Assembly (NCBI GenBank): GCA_044225365.1
Contig: JBGAIQ010000046.1
Location: 1-43,952, forward strand
Source: Planctomycetota bacterium
Lineage (GTDB): Bacteria; Planctomycetota; B15-G4; JADJEK01
Length of the DNA: 43,952 nt
Direction of reading: 5' to 3'
The notes under the pieces were generated by a model. That model was not told the DNA's origin and searched no databases. It saw only the letters and a program-made list of their open reading frames with translations. The translations under genes and the position numbers were made by a program. How positions within the stretch are numbered: position 1 is the first letter of the stretch; the number at the start of each line of letters is the position of its first letter. Positions 25,510 to 34,212 of this stretch are shown here, one piece after another.

Positions 25510-28290
25510 CTGACGACGTTCTCGAGCTTTCTACTCGGCTTCGCACTCGCACTCCTCGCGCTGGCTGCGCCGGAGTGGGTCGCGATTCCGTTCGGGGGAT
25601 CGCGCGTAGACGTCCTGTTCGGACTCCTCGCGATCGGACTCGGCCTTGCGCTCTACGAGCCGGCGCCGGTTCCTTCGCGGGTCGATGTCCTGCGCGCTCT
25701 CGTCGGATTCGCGATCGCGGTGGGTGCGTGCTACGTCTTCGCCCGTCCCGCCGCAGCCTGGGTCGCGGAGCGTTGGCCCCTTCCAGAGCCGGGGGAGATT
25801 CCGACGTTCTCCAATCCGTGGCCGCAAGCGTTGCTCGCACTCGTATTCCTGCTGCCTCTCGGCGCTACGTTCTCGCGACTCGCGGCGTCGCAGCGACTCG
25901 CTTCTCCCTGCGTGGCGACGTTCCTCGGCGGGTGCGTCGCGCTCGTTCTCCATCCCCTCGTCGCGCTTCGAACGCTCGGGATCGCCGGCACGATCGGGAT
26001 CGCAGGGGTGGTCACGATCGTCGCTGCCTCGCTCGCATTCCTGGTTCCGCTGCGTGGGTCATCGAAGGCACCCTCGTCGTACGGGCTCTCCGCGGCCCTC
26101 GGACTCGCGTTCGGCGCGATCGAGGATCGACTCGATCTCGGTGGCGGCGGAACGGCGTTCTCGATGGTGTTCCCCGCGCTCCTCGTCGCCAGCGCGGCCG
26201 CGCTCGCCGAGCTCGTGCGTCCCGTCCTCCCGCGAGCGGGTTCCATGACTCGGGGGCGTCGGATCGAGCGACTTGCGTGCGTCGTCGCGGTACCCATCCT
26301 CGTGTACTTGTCCGCTCGAGCTCCATCGACCGCGAGTCTCCTCGAGGCGTCGAGTCGCGTGGAGGCCACGATCGACGGGCGCATTCCGAGTTTCGCGACG
26401 CTCGCTCCATTGCCTGCGCTGCTCACGACGGTGGCCTTCCTCGTCGCTCTCGCGGGCGGCGTTGCCAGTCTTCGCGCCATCGGGGTCGTCTTCCTCGTGG
26501 CCACGGCGACTCGATTGGCGGCGTCTTATGGCGACGTCTGGCGAATCGCTTGGCTCGGCGCGGCGATCATGACGCTTTGCGGCGCGATCTTCGGACCCTC
26601 GGGCGCACTCGATCCACCGCGCCAGCGATCGACGCGCGTGACGATCGGCGTCGCGGGGCTCTTTGCCGTCGTCGCTTACATCGTCACCGGAACTGCTCGG
26701 CGAAGTGCCAGCGATCGCGACGCCCCGACGATCGTGCGCCCTCTCGATGCTGCCAGCGCGCAACAGCTCGTCGAGGGATTGCTGCTACCCAATGCGCCCT
26801 GCGCACCGGCCAGCATGGATCGCTTGATCCTCCAGCTCGTCGCCTGGGGTGACGAACCTCTGTCCTGCCTCGTCCTCGGTCCGGGTGGAGTGCCGTGGGT
26901 CGAGCGCTGGCTCACCCTCACGAATCTGAGGATCGATTACGTCACCCCGGTTGCCGAAGAGGCGCAGTTCATCGTCGATGCGGGATTGCATGGATCGAGA
27001 CTGCACACGCTCGTCGCGTCGCCGCGCCGATATCTCGAGGCGTCGGACCGCAAGTACGATCGCATCGTGGTCGTGCCCCCCGAACCACCATGGCGATCGA
27101 GTTTCCAGCGACGCACGCATGAATGGCGCGATCTTCTCTGCATGCATCTCCAGGCCCGTGGCATCGTCGGCGAGATCCAATCGCTGCGCGCGATGTCGAA
27201 GCAGAACCTCCTGTCCCGCGCGCTCGACGACGCGGCGACCGACCGACCCGATGGTGTCGTGATCGTCGATCATCCCCGCAGCGCCGATCCACAGCTCGCG
27301 CTCATGTACGGGATGGAATCGCCGCGGTTCGATGTCGATCGGGTCGTGCGAGAGAAGAAGGACGCGCGGGAATTGCTCCTGGGAGTCGTCTGTGGGGCTT
27401 CGGTCCTACGGCTCTCCGCTCGGTTGATCGTGACGAACCGCGACGATCGTCCGTGGCTCGAAGGCGCCATGCGAGCGCGGACCACGCCGGCACCCGAATT
27501 CGCCTTGGCGACTCTCGCGACTCTCGCCTCGCTCCATGGCATGGCCGAGGACCGGATCGTTGGGTCGGAGGACGTGCGGGGCCCGCTCATCGCGAGTGCT
27601 CGCCGCGATCACGAAGCCATGCACCACTGGTACGCGCTGCGAGCCACTCTGGGATTCGCCAACCTGACCTCTTCTTCGGCGGTGACGGCCCCACTCGATC
27701 TCGCCGAGCCCGAGGCACCACCTCGATCCACCGCCGAGCTCGATGTCCTCGAACGCGCCTTCCAGCGATCGCCGGACCTTTCCTACCTTCGTCGTCTCCT
27801 CGTGGCATCCGTCCGACGACTCGAAGCCGTGGGGGATCCTCGGGGAGCGAGGGAGCTCGTGAATCACGGTGCCGACGCGGAAGCTCGCTACTTCCGCCGC
27901 CACCCCGAACTCATGGGCGCCGCCGCACGACTCGAGCTCGGACTCGAACGCGCGCAGCTCCTCGCGAGACAATGCCGCCGCGCCCAGGCGATCCGAGCGT
28001 TCGAACAACTCCTCGACGACGAGAACGTGGGCAGGGAGGCTCGAATCGGACTCGGGTGCCTCTTGGCCTATGGTGGACGCGTAGCACGCGAAAGGGCGCG
28101 GGAGCTGATTCTCGACGAGTCCGTGACCGCCGCGGTGGTCGAATCACCCGAGCTTCGAGATGCGATCGCGCGGGCGCGAGCCTTCCTGAACGGCGACCGA
28201 TCCGCGGCGCTCGAGGCACTGCAGGCCGAGGATCCCAAGGCGCGCGAATCCGCCGCCGCTCGCTATCTCGAGGCCTGGAGTAGGAACTGA
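25510..28290 (+). CDS. Multi-TM membrane protein with degenerate spermidine-synthase-like (SAM-fold) domain and C-terminal TPR-like helices
   Basis: ORF 25720..28290 stays open and hydrophobic upstream to 25483. CTG 25510 follows GGGAG. Motifs CLVLGPGG, PRRYLEASDRKYDRIVVVPPEPPW and NRDDRPWLE. Confidence 0.6.
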   Translation: MTTFSSFLLGFALALLALAAPEWVAIPFGGSRVDVLFGLLAIGLGLALYEPAPVPSRVDVLRALVGFAIAVGACYVFARPAAAWVAERWPLPEPGEIPTFSNPWPQALLALVFLLPLGATFSRLAASQRLASPCVATFLGGCVALVLHPLVALRTLGIAGTIGIAGVVTIVAASLAFLVPLRGSSKAPSSYGLSAALGLAFGAIEDRLDLGGGGTAFSMVFPALLVASAAALAELVRPVLPRAGSMTRGRRIERLACVVAVPILVYLSARAPSTASLLEASSRVEATIDGRIPSFATLAPLPALLTTVAFLVALAGGVASLRAIGVVFLVATATRLAASYGDVWRIAWLGAAIMTLCGAIFGPSGALDPPRQRSTRVTIGVAGLFAVVAYIVTGTARRSASDRDAPTIVRPLDAASAQQLVEGLLLPNAPCAPASMDRLILQLVAWGDEPLSCLVLGPGGVPWVERWLTLTNLRIDYVTPVAEEAQFIVDAGLHGSRLHTLVASPRRYLEASDRKYDRIVVVPPEPPWRSSFQRRTHEWRDLLCMHLQARGIVGEIQSLRAMSKQNLLSRALDDAATDRPDGVVIVDHPRSADPQLALMYGMESPRFDVDRVVREKKDARELLLGVVCGASVLRLSARLIVTNRDDRPWLEGAMRARTTPAPEFALATLATLASLHGMAEDRIVGSEDVRGPLIASARRDHEAMHHWYALRATLGFANLTSSSAVTAPLDLAEPEAPPRSTAELDVLERAFQRSPDLSYLRRLLVASVRRLEAVGDPRGARELVNHGADAEARYFRRHPELMGAAARLELGLERAQLLARQCRRAQAIRAFEQLLDDENVGREARIGLGCLLAYGGRVARERARELILDESVTAAVVESPELRDAIARARAFLNGDRSAALEALQAEDPKARESAAARYLEAWSRN

Positions 28291-28306
28291 TGCCGGCTCG
28301 CTCGCG

Positions 28307-30271
28307 TCACTTCGCCTTGCGGTAAGCGTTCATCAACGCCTCCGCGATCTCCTTGTCGCGGCCCAGGCGTTGGCAGCACTCGGAGAACCTTCGCAGGATG
28401 TCCGGGTACTTCTCGTGCGCGAATCGTTGCGTAAGGTCGAGGTAGAGGACGCGGGCTTCCTCGTCGCGATGCAAGTACGTGAGCTGATTGGCGAGTTCGA
28501 TGTCGATCTGGATCGCGAACTCGGGAGGCGCGCGCAGACGAGCTTCCATCAAGAGGTCGAGTGCGTCCTGCTCGCGATGGAGCTTTCCGAGCGCCACCGC
28601 GTGCCTCATCTGTGCATCGGGAACGCGCGGTGCGACGGCCTCGTACTGCTCGAACGCCCGCTTCGCACCTTCGTAGTCGAGGAGCTTCATGCGCGAATCG
28701 GCGCGCAGCCAATGGGGCCAGTCGAGGAGAGGTTGCAGCGTCGCGGCGCGATCGGCGAGATCCGCCGCCGTTGTGTAGTCTCCACGCAGGTAGGCCTCGT
28801 TCGCCGAGTTCGCGAGCCGTCCTCCCGCGATGTTGAAGGCGAAGAGAGTTCCGACCGCGAGGAGCGCAACGAGCGCCGCGCGAAGCGTGATGGAACGGGC
28901 ATGGCCCAGTGACTTTCCCGCCGACTCGATCGCGACCAGGCAGTGTACTCCCGCGATCCGCGCTCGGACGGCGATGACGCCCGTGACGAATCCGAGTTCG
29001 AGGGCGCAGGGCACGTGGAGGAGCGGCGTCTCGAAGATGTCGATGATGGCGATCGCGATCAACGCTCCGAATGCGCCACGCAGCAACGGATCATCTTGCA
29101 GCGAGCCGTGATCGAGCTTGTGGAGCGCGCGGCGCGCGAGTGCGAGTGAGCCGAACATGACGATCGAGAAGCCGACGATTCCGAGGATTCCGGTCTCCGC
29201 GAGCACCTGAACGTACTGATCGTGAGCGTGCGGGATGAACCGCCGACTCTCGTCGTACTCCGCGAAGCGGGTAGCGAATTGGCCGATTCCCACGCCGAAC
29301 GGCAGGTTGTCTGCGGCGAGTCGAAGTGCATCACTCCACACTTGCAGCCGGGAGAAGTTGAAGTCGAGAGCACTGGGATCGAGCAACGATGTGAAGCGCG
29401 CAGCCGCACCGCTCACGAGGTCCTTGCGGAATGGAACCACGACGAGAGCGAGGATCGCGAGAGCAGCGAGGAGCCTCCGCGCCACGACCCGCAACGTCAG
29501 CGCGCCCGCCATGCGGCGAAGCGATCCTCGCACGCGAGTGAGGACGACCACCGCGCTCGCGACGCCGACGGCGAGCAGGATCGCGCGCGAGAGCACGAGT
29601 GCGATGAACGCCAGGACGAGCGCGAGGGCGCAGGGCACGACGGTCTTCTCGAGGCGCGAGGGTCGTGAGAGGAGGACCGCGATGCCGAACGGAACGAGTG
29701 GCGCGACGACTTGCGCTGCGATGTAGCTGTGCGGGTAGAAAGGCGTCGAGAGCCAGTTCGCGCGAGCCGCTTCGTCCGTCGCTCCGGCACGCAGAGCGAT
29801 CACGAACTCACGGTATCCGACGATACCGAACAGCGCGACGATGCCGCAGGAGACGATCGCGCCGAGCACGACGAATCGCGTTCGAGTCGCGTCGACCGAC
29901 CCGAGGGTGCTCGTGAGGTGCGAAGCGACGAGGACGCAGAGGGGCAAGAACGCGAAAGCCGCCGCCGCGAGGCGATGGGCCGGTGCCAGGCTGAAGAGCG
30001 CCGATGCGACGAAGAGCAGGATCCCGAGGCCCGAATCGGTCAGAGTGAGTCGCGTTCGTTCCGACGGCCTCGCGGCGATCGCGACGAAGAACAGGACGCA
30101 CAGCGAAAGGAGCGTCGCGACGTACGACTGGACGTGTACGCCCTGCAGCAGATTCGGGAGGAGAGGCGCGAGCGTGAGCAGTACGAAGAGGCCGCCGCAT
30201 GCCGGGCGGACTCCCGAGGAGAAGTCCTCCGCGGGCTGCGCAGCAACGATCTCGTCGTGCGTCGTCGTCAA
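28307..30271 (-). CDS. O-antigen ligase (Wzy_C) family membrane protein with C-terminal TPRs
   Basis: Many TM segments. Motifs LSRA, SRLQVWSDA, PFGVGIGQF and HAHDQYVQVLAETGILG. TPR-like tail and TTG start. Confidence 0.85.
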   Translation of the reverse strand: MTTTHDEIVAAQPAEDFSSGVRPACGGLFVLLTLAPLLPNLLQGVHVQSYVATLLSLCVLFFVAIAARPSERTRLTLTDSGLGILLFVASALFSLAPAHRLAAAAFAFLPLCVLVASHLTSTLGSVDATRTRFVVLGAIVSCGIVALFGIVGYREFVIALRAGATDEAARANWLSTPFYPHSYIAAQVVAPLVPFGIAVLLSRPSRLEKTVVPCALALVLAFIALVLSRAILLAVGVASAVVVLTRVRGSLRRMAGALTLRVVARRLLAALAILALVVVPFRKDLVSGAAARFTSLLDPSALDFNFSRLQVWSDALRLAADNLPFGVGIGQFATRFAEYDESRRFIPHAHDQYVQVLAETGILGIVGFSIVMFGSLALARRALHKLDHGSLQDDPLLRGAFGALIAIAIIDIFETPLLHVPCALELGFVTGVIAVRARIAGVHCLVAIESAGKSLGHARSITLRAALVALLAVGTLFAFNIAGGRLANSANEAYLRGDYTTAADLADRAATLQPLLDWPHWLRADSRMKLLDYEGAKRAFEQYEAVAPRVPDAQMRHAVALGKLHREQDALDLLMEARLRAPPEFAIQIDIELANQLTYLHRDEEARVLYLDLTQRFAHEKYPDILRRFSECCQRLGRDKEIAEALMNAYRKAK

Positions 30272-30301
30272 CCTTCGATCCTCGTCGGCGGGCGAGCCGG
30301 T

Positions 30302-31294
30302 TCAGTGCGACGATCCGGGCGGAGTCGAGGCGCCGTCTGCTCCCGTTGCGGCGTCGCGGCTCTCGGACAGGACCCTGAACTCGTCGTCCACCTGCACGCT
30401 ACCCCCTTCGTTGCGATAGACGAAGTAGTGAAAGTTCGACAGGTTCTCGTCGTTGCGAAGGGTCGACATCCGCAGGTAGATCGGCTTCAAGCGCTCGAAC
30501 GTCGCGGCGCCGCGCGCGACATGCAGCGGATCGATCGCGACCCAGCCAAGGTCGTCGAGGAAGACCTCGACCCAATCGTGCTTCGGCGTGCTCCCCGATT
30601 CGATGAGGAAACCGTAGGCGCGCCGCGCCGGGATCTGATCGGCACGCAGGACCGCCGCATAGAGATCGGAATACTCCGTGCAGTCGCCCCGCTTCTCGAG
30701 CAATGCGCGCCTCGCGCCGATGTCGGAGCTGTTGTAGGGCGCGGGGGAGAGTTGAGAGAGCGTGATCTCGAGCGCCGCCTTCGCGCGATCGATCTCGCTC
30801 TTCTCCTTCCCGGGAAGCATCACGGCGAGTTTGCGGATGCCGAGGTCGTCGCTCTCGATGAAGCTCTCCGATCGCAGCGCGCGCTTCTTCTCATCGCCGT
30901 CGAGAACGGGCGCGCCGGCGGTCGCCGACTTCTTGCGAGCCCGCAGGCTCTCGATGTCGTCACACTCGAGTCGCACTTTGGCGCGGATCTCGATGAGAGT
31001 CTCTTCGCCCGGCTTCACGAGCACGAACCTCGCGTAGCGCTGGCCGTCGCGGTCGAACACCTCGGCAGGCTTCGGTTCGTAGGACAGCGACTCGATGTCC
31101 TGGAACGCGGCGATGTCCTGCGGGACCAGAGTCGTCAGGACGACCTTCTTCGGATCGCCCTGGGAATGGACCGAATAACGGATCGCGACCTCCGCACGCC
31201 GAACGACGAGTTCGCTCGGGTGGGGCGGTTGTTCGGGGAACGACAGGAACGGCAGGAGAATGATCCGAGCCGACAGGAACCACGGGGCAGGCAT
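30302..31294 (-). CDS. Transglutaminase-like domain protein
   Basis: Catalytic triad motifs GDCTEYS, HDWVEV and WVAIDP. SD GGAGG. Confidence 0.88.
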   Translation of the reverse strand: MPAPWFLSARIILLPFLSFPEQPPHPSELVVRRAEVAIRYSVHSQGDPKKVVLTTLVPQDIAAFQDIESLSYEPKPAEVFDRDGQRYARFVLVKPGEETLIEIRAKVRLECDDIESLRARKKSATAGAPVLDGDEKKRALRSESFIESDDLGIRKLAVMLPGKEKSEIDRAKAALEITLSQLSPAPYNSSDIGARRALLEKRGDCTEYSDLYAAVLRADQIPARRAYGFLIESGSTPKHDWVEVFLDDLGWVAIDPLHVARGAATFERLKPIYLRMSTLRNDENLSNFHYFVYRNEGGSVQVDDEFRVLSESRDAATGADGASTPPGSSH

Positions 31295-31429
31295 CCGGTC
31301 CTCCGCCCTCTATTGTCGCCGCCGTACGTGCGGTGACGGATTTTTTTTCGTCCCGACGCCAAGATTCGCTCGTTCGGCCGCGTCGTGACGCTGGCGAGCG
31401 CGCGGCGCTCGAACGAAGGATTCCTGCCG

Positions 31430-31939
31430 ATGAACCCAGAAACCGTGCGGCAAGCGCTCGAACGCTTCGAGCGCCCCTTGCTCGAGTTCGGCAAACGCAT
31501 CACGGGCGACCTCGAGTCCGCCCGGGACGTCGTGCAGGACACGTTCCTGAAGCTGTGCCGGGTCGATCCATCGTCCGAATCCGACGTGACCGCGCACCTC
31601 GCCGAGTGGCTCTTCACGGTCTGCCGCCATCAGGCGCTGGACCAATTGCGAAAGGAACAGGCCATGCGGACGCGCGAGAAACGCGTGAGTGCGATGGAGC
31701 CGATCCCCGGCGGGACGAGCGAAGCCGAGCAGCGCGACGACTACCGATCGATCGTGATGTGGCTCGACAAGCTCCCCGGCAAGCAGGCCGAGGCCCTGCG
31801 ACTGAAGTTCCAGGGCGGACTCAGCTACGTCGAGATCGGACGAGTGATGGGGGAGACGATCGGCAATGTCGGTTGGCTCATCCACGAAGGGATCAAGAAA
31901 CTGCGTGAGCGAGCGAAGACGAGCGAGGTGCGAGCATGA
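31430..31939 (+). CDS. ECF RNA polymerase sigma-70 factor
   Basis: Region 2 ARDVVQDTFLKL..EWLFTVCRHQALD and region 4 LPGKQAEALRLKFQGGLSYVEIG. Confidence 0.92.
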   Translation: MNPETVRQALERFERPLLEFGKRITGDLESARDVVQDTFLKLCRVDPSSESDVTAHLAEWLFTVCRHQALDQLRKEQAMRTREKRVSAMEPIPGGTSEAEQRDDYRSIVMWLDKLPGKQAEALRLKFQGGLSYVEIGRVMGETIGNVGWLIHEGIKKLRERAKTSEVRA

Positions 31940-34182
31940 ATACTCCAAACGAACGATTCTCCGATGATCCGCGGCTCACGGCCTACGCACTCGGCGAACT
32001 GCCGCAGGACGAGTGCGCGAAAGTCGAGGCGATCCTGGAGAAGGATGCCGCGGCGCGCGAGATGGTCGAGGAGATCCGCGCGACGGCGCGTGAGCTGGAG
32101 ATGGGGCTGAGGGAGGAAGGAAGCGCCACGCTCGATGAGAGTCGTCGGGCTGCGATCCTCGGCGCTGAGACTGCACCCTCGAGACGTCGCGCCCCGAGGT
32201 GGGTCGGCGTGCTCGCGGCGGCTGCGGCTCTGTGTCTCACCGCGACGATCCTGATCTGGCAGGGCGGCGTCCTCCGCGGGCGGCGACCGGGCGCGCCTGG
32301 TGAGGCGTCGCTCGCTCGATTTTCGAAGACAGCGAGCGTTCAGAAGACGGAGATGGACGCATACCTGCGGCAGAACGGGTACCTCGCGCCGGGTCAGCCT
32401 CCCTTCGGGCCCGCGCCATCACCGACCGCGGCGAATCCTGCCCCGCCGGGTCAGGGGTTCACCGGGGGCACCTCCATCGGAGTCGGACAGGGTGGCCATT
32501 TCGGTCGGGGAAACTCGGTTGCGAGGGGACGGGTCGCCGAGGGTAAGAAGGCCGCTCGGCTCGAAGACGAGGTCCGCGGCCTGTCCGTCGCGCCCAAGTC
32601 GGAGGCCGTCGACACCCTCGAGGAATTGGAGGTCACGCGCGAGTCGCTCGATGTCGACTCGGCCACGAAGGGCAAGGACGACCTTGCGGCGCTGCGCGAC
32701 GACAAGGAATCGAACACCGAGTCGTACGCGAACCTCGTCGAGAATCCGTTCCATCGCGTTGCGGACGAGCACCTGTCGACGTTCTCGATCGACGTCGATA
32801 CGGCGTCGTACGCGAACGCGCGGCGATTCCTTGCCAGCGGGCAGATGCCGCCGGCTTCGGCCGTGCGCATCGAGGAGTTCGTGAACTACTTCACGTACGA
32901 CTATCCCGAGCCCGACGCCGGTCAGCCCTTCTCGGTCGCGGCGGAGGTCGCGCGGTGTCCCTGGAAGCCCGATCACAAGCTCGTGCTCGTCGGCCTGAAG
33001 GGTCGGAGCGTGACGGTCGAGAACCGCAAGCCGACGAACCTCGTGTTCCTGATCGACGTCTCGGGATCGATGGACGAGCCGAACAAGCTGCCTTTGCTGC
33101 AGCGCTCGATGAAGCTGCTCGCCGAGCAGCTCGACTCGCGCGATCGCATCGCGATGGTGGTCTACGCCGGCAACAGCGGCCTCGTGCTGCCGTCGACGCA
33201 GGGCAATCAGCAGGGCGTGATCGTCGGTGCGCTCGATCGCCTCTCCGCGGGCGGCTCCACGAACGGCGGCGCCGGGATCGAGCTCGCCTACAAGGTCGCG
33301 CAGGAGAACTTCCTGCCCGAGGGCAACAATCGCGTCGTGCTGTGCACCGACGGCGACTTCAACGTGGGCGTCACCGATCAGGGCTCGCTCGTGAAGCTCA
33401 TCGAAGAGAAGCGCAAGACCGGCGTCTTCCTCTCGGTCCTCGGCTTCGGAACGGGCAACACGAAGGACTCCACGATGGAGCTGCTCGCCGACAAGGGCAA
33501 CGGCAACTACGCGTACATCGACACGCTGAACGAGGCGCGCAAGGTGCTCTGCGATCAGGTCGGCGGCACGCTCGAGGTGATCGCCAAGGACGTGAAGATC
33601 CAGATCGAGTTCAATCCGGCGACGGTCGAAGCGTTCCGGCTGATCGGATACGAAGATCGCATCCTCGCGCATCAGGACTTCAACGACGACACGAAGGACG
33701 CCGGCGAGATCGGCGCGGGCGCGGCGGTCACCGCTCTGTATGAGATCGTTCCGAAGGGCGTCGCCATCGATCTGCCGAAGGTCGATCCGAGCCGGTATGC
33801 GCCCGAGAAATCGGATGCGCCGGCCACGGCGTTCGGTGGTGAGCTGTTGTTCCTGAAGCTGCGGTACAAGGCGCCGACCTCGGATCAGAGCCAGTTGATC
33901 TCGACGCCCCTCGCCGACGGCGACCACGAGTTCCGCTCGGCGTCACAGAACCTGCGCTTCGCGAGCTCGGTCGCGGGCTTCGCGATGCTCCTGAAGGGCA
34001 GCCAGAACGCGGGCGATCTGTCGCTCGAGAAGGTCCGTGCCTTCGCGCAGGAGTCGATCGGAGACGACAAGGGTGGCTATCGCGCGGAGTTCCTCGGCCT
34101 CGTCGACCGTGCGCGATCGATCGCGCAGATGACGAACGAGCTGCGTCAGATCGGCTACCACGGAGGATCGGGGAAGAAGTGA
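31936..34182 (+). CDS. Anti-sigma-like N-terminus, TM segment and YfbK-type vWA domain (vWF_A/VWA/DUF3520)
   Basis: LTAYALGEL anti-sigma-like helix, then TM, STFSIDVDTASY, MIDAS DVSGSM, TDGDFNVG and FNDDTKDAGEIGAG. ATGA overlap with the sigma gene. Confidence 0.9.
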   Translation: MNTPNERFSDDPRLTAYALGELPQDECAKVEAILEKDAAAREMVEEIRATARELEMGLREEGSATLDESRRAAILGAETAPSRRRAPRWVGVLAAAAALCLTATILIWQGGVLRGRRPGAPGEASLARFSKTASVQKTEMDAYLRQNGYLAPGQPPFGPAPSPTAANPAPPGQGFTGGTSIGVGQGGHFGRGNSVARGRVAEGKKAARLEDEVRGLSVAPKSEAVDTLEELEVTRESLDVDSATKGKDDLAALRDDKESNTESYANLVENPFHRVADEHLSTFSIDVDTASYANARRFLASGQMPPASAVRIEEFVNYFTYDYPEPDAGQPFSVAAEVARCPWKPDHKLVLVGLKGRSVTVENRKPTNLVFLIDVSGSMDEPNKLPLLQRSMKLLAEQLDSRDRIAMVVYAGNSGLVLPSTQGNQQGVIVGALDRLSAGGSTNGGAGIELAYKVAQENFLPEGNNRVVLCTDGDFNVGVTDQGSLVKLIEEKRKTGVFLSVLGFGTGNTKDSTMELLADKGNGNYAYIDTLNEARKVLCDQVGGTLEVIAKDVKIQIEFNPATVEAFRLIGYEDRILAHQDFNDDTKDAGEIGAGAAVTALYEIVPKGVAIDLPKVDPSRYAPEKSDAPATAFGGELLFLKLRYKAPTSDQSQLISTPLADGDHEFRSASQNLRFASSVAGFAMLLKGSQNAGDLSLEKVRAFAQESIGDDKGGYRAEFLGLVDRARSIAQMTNELRQIGYHGGSGKK

Positions 34183-34212
34183 CGCGTTCCGGCGTCGCAG
34201 GCGTCACAGGCG

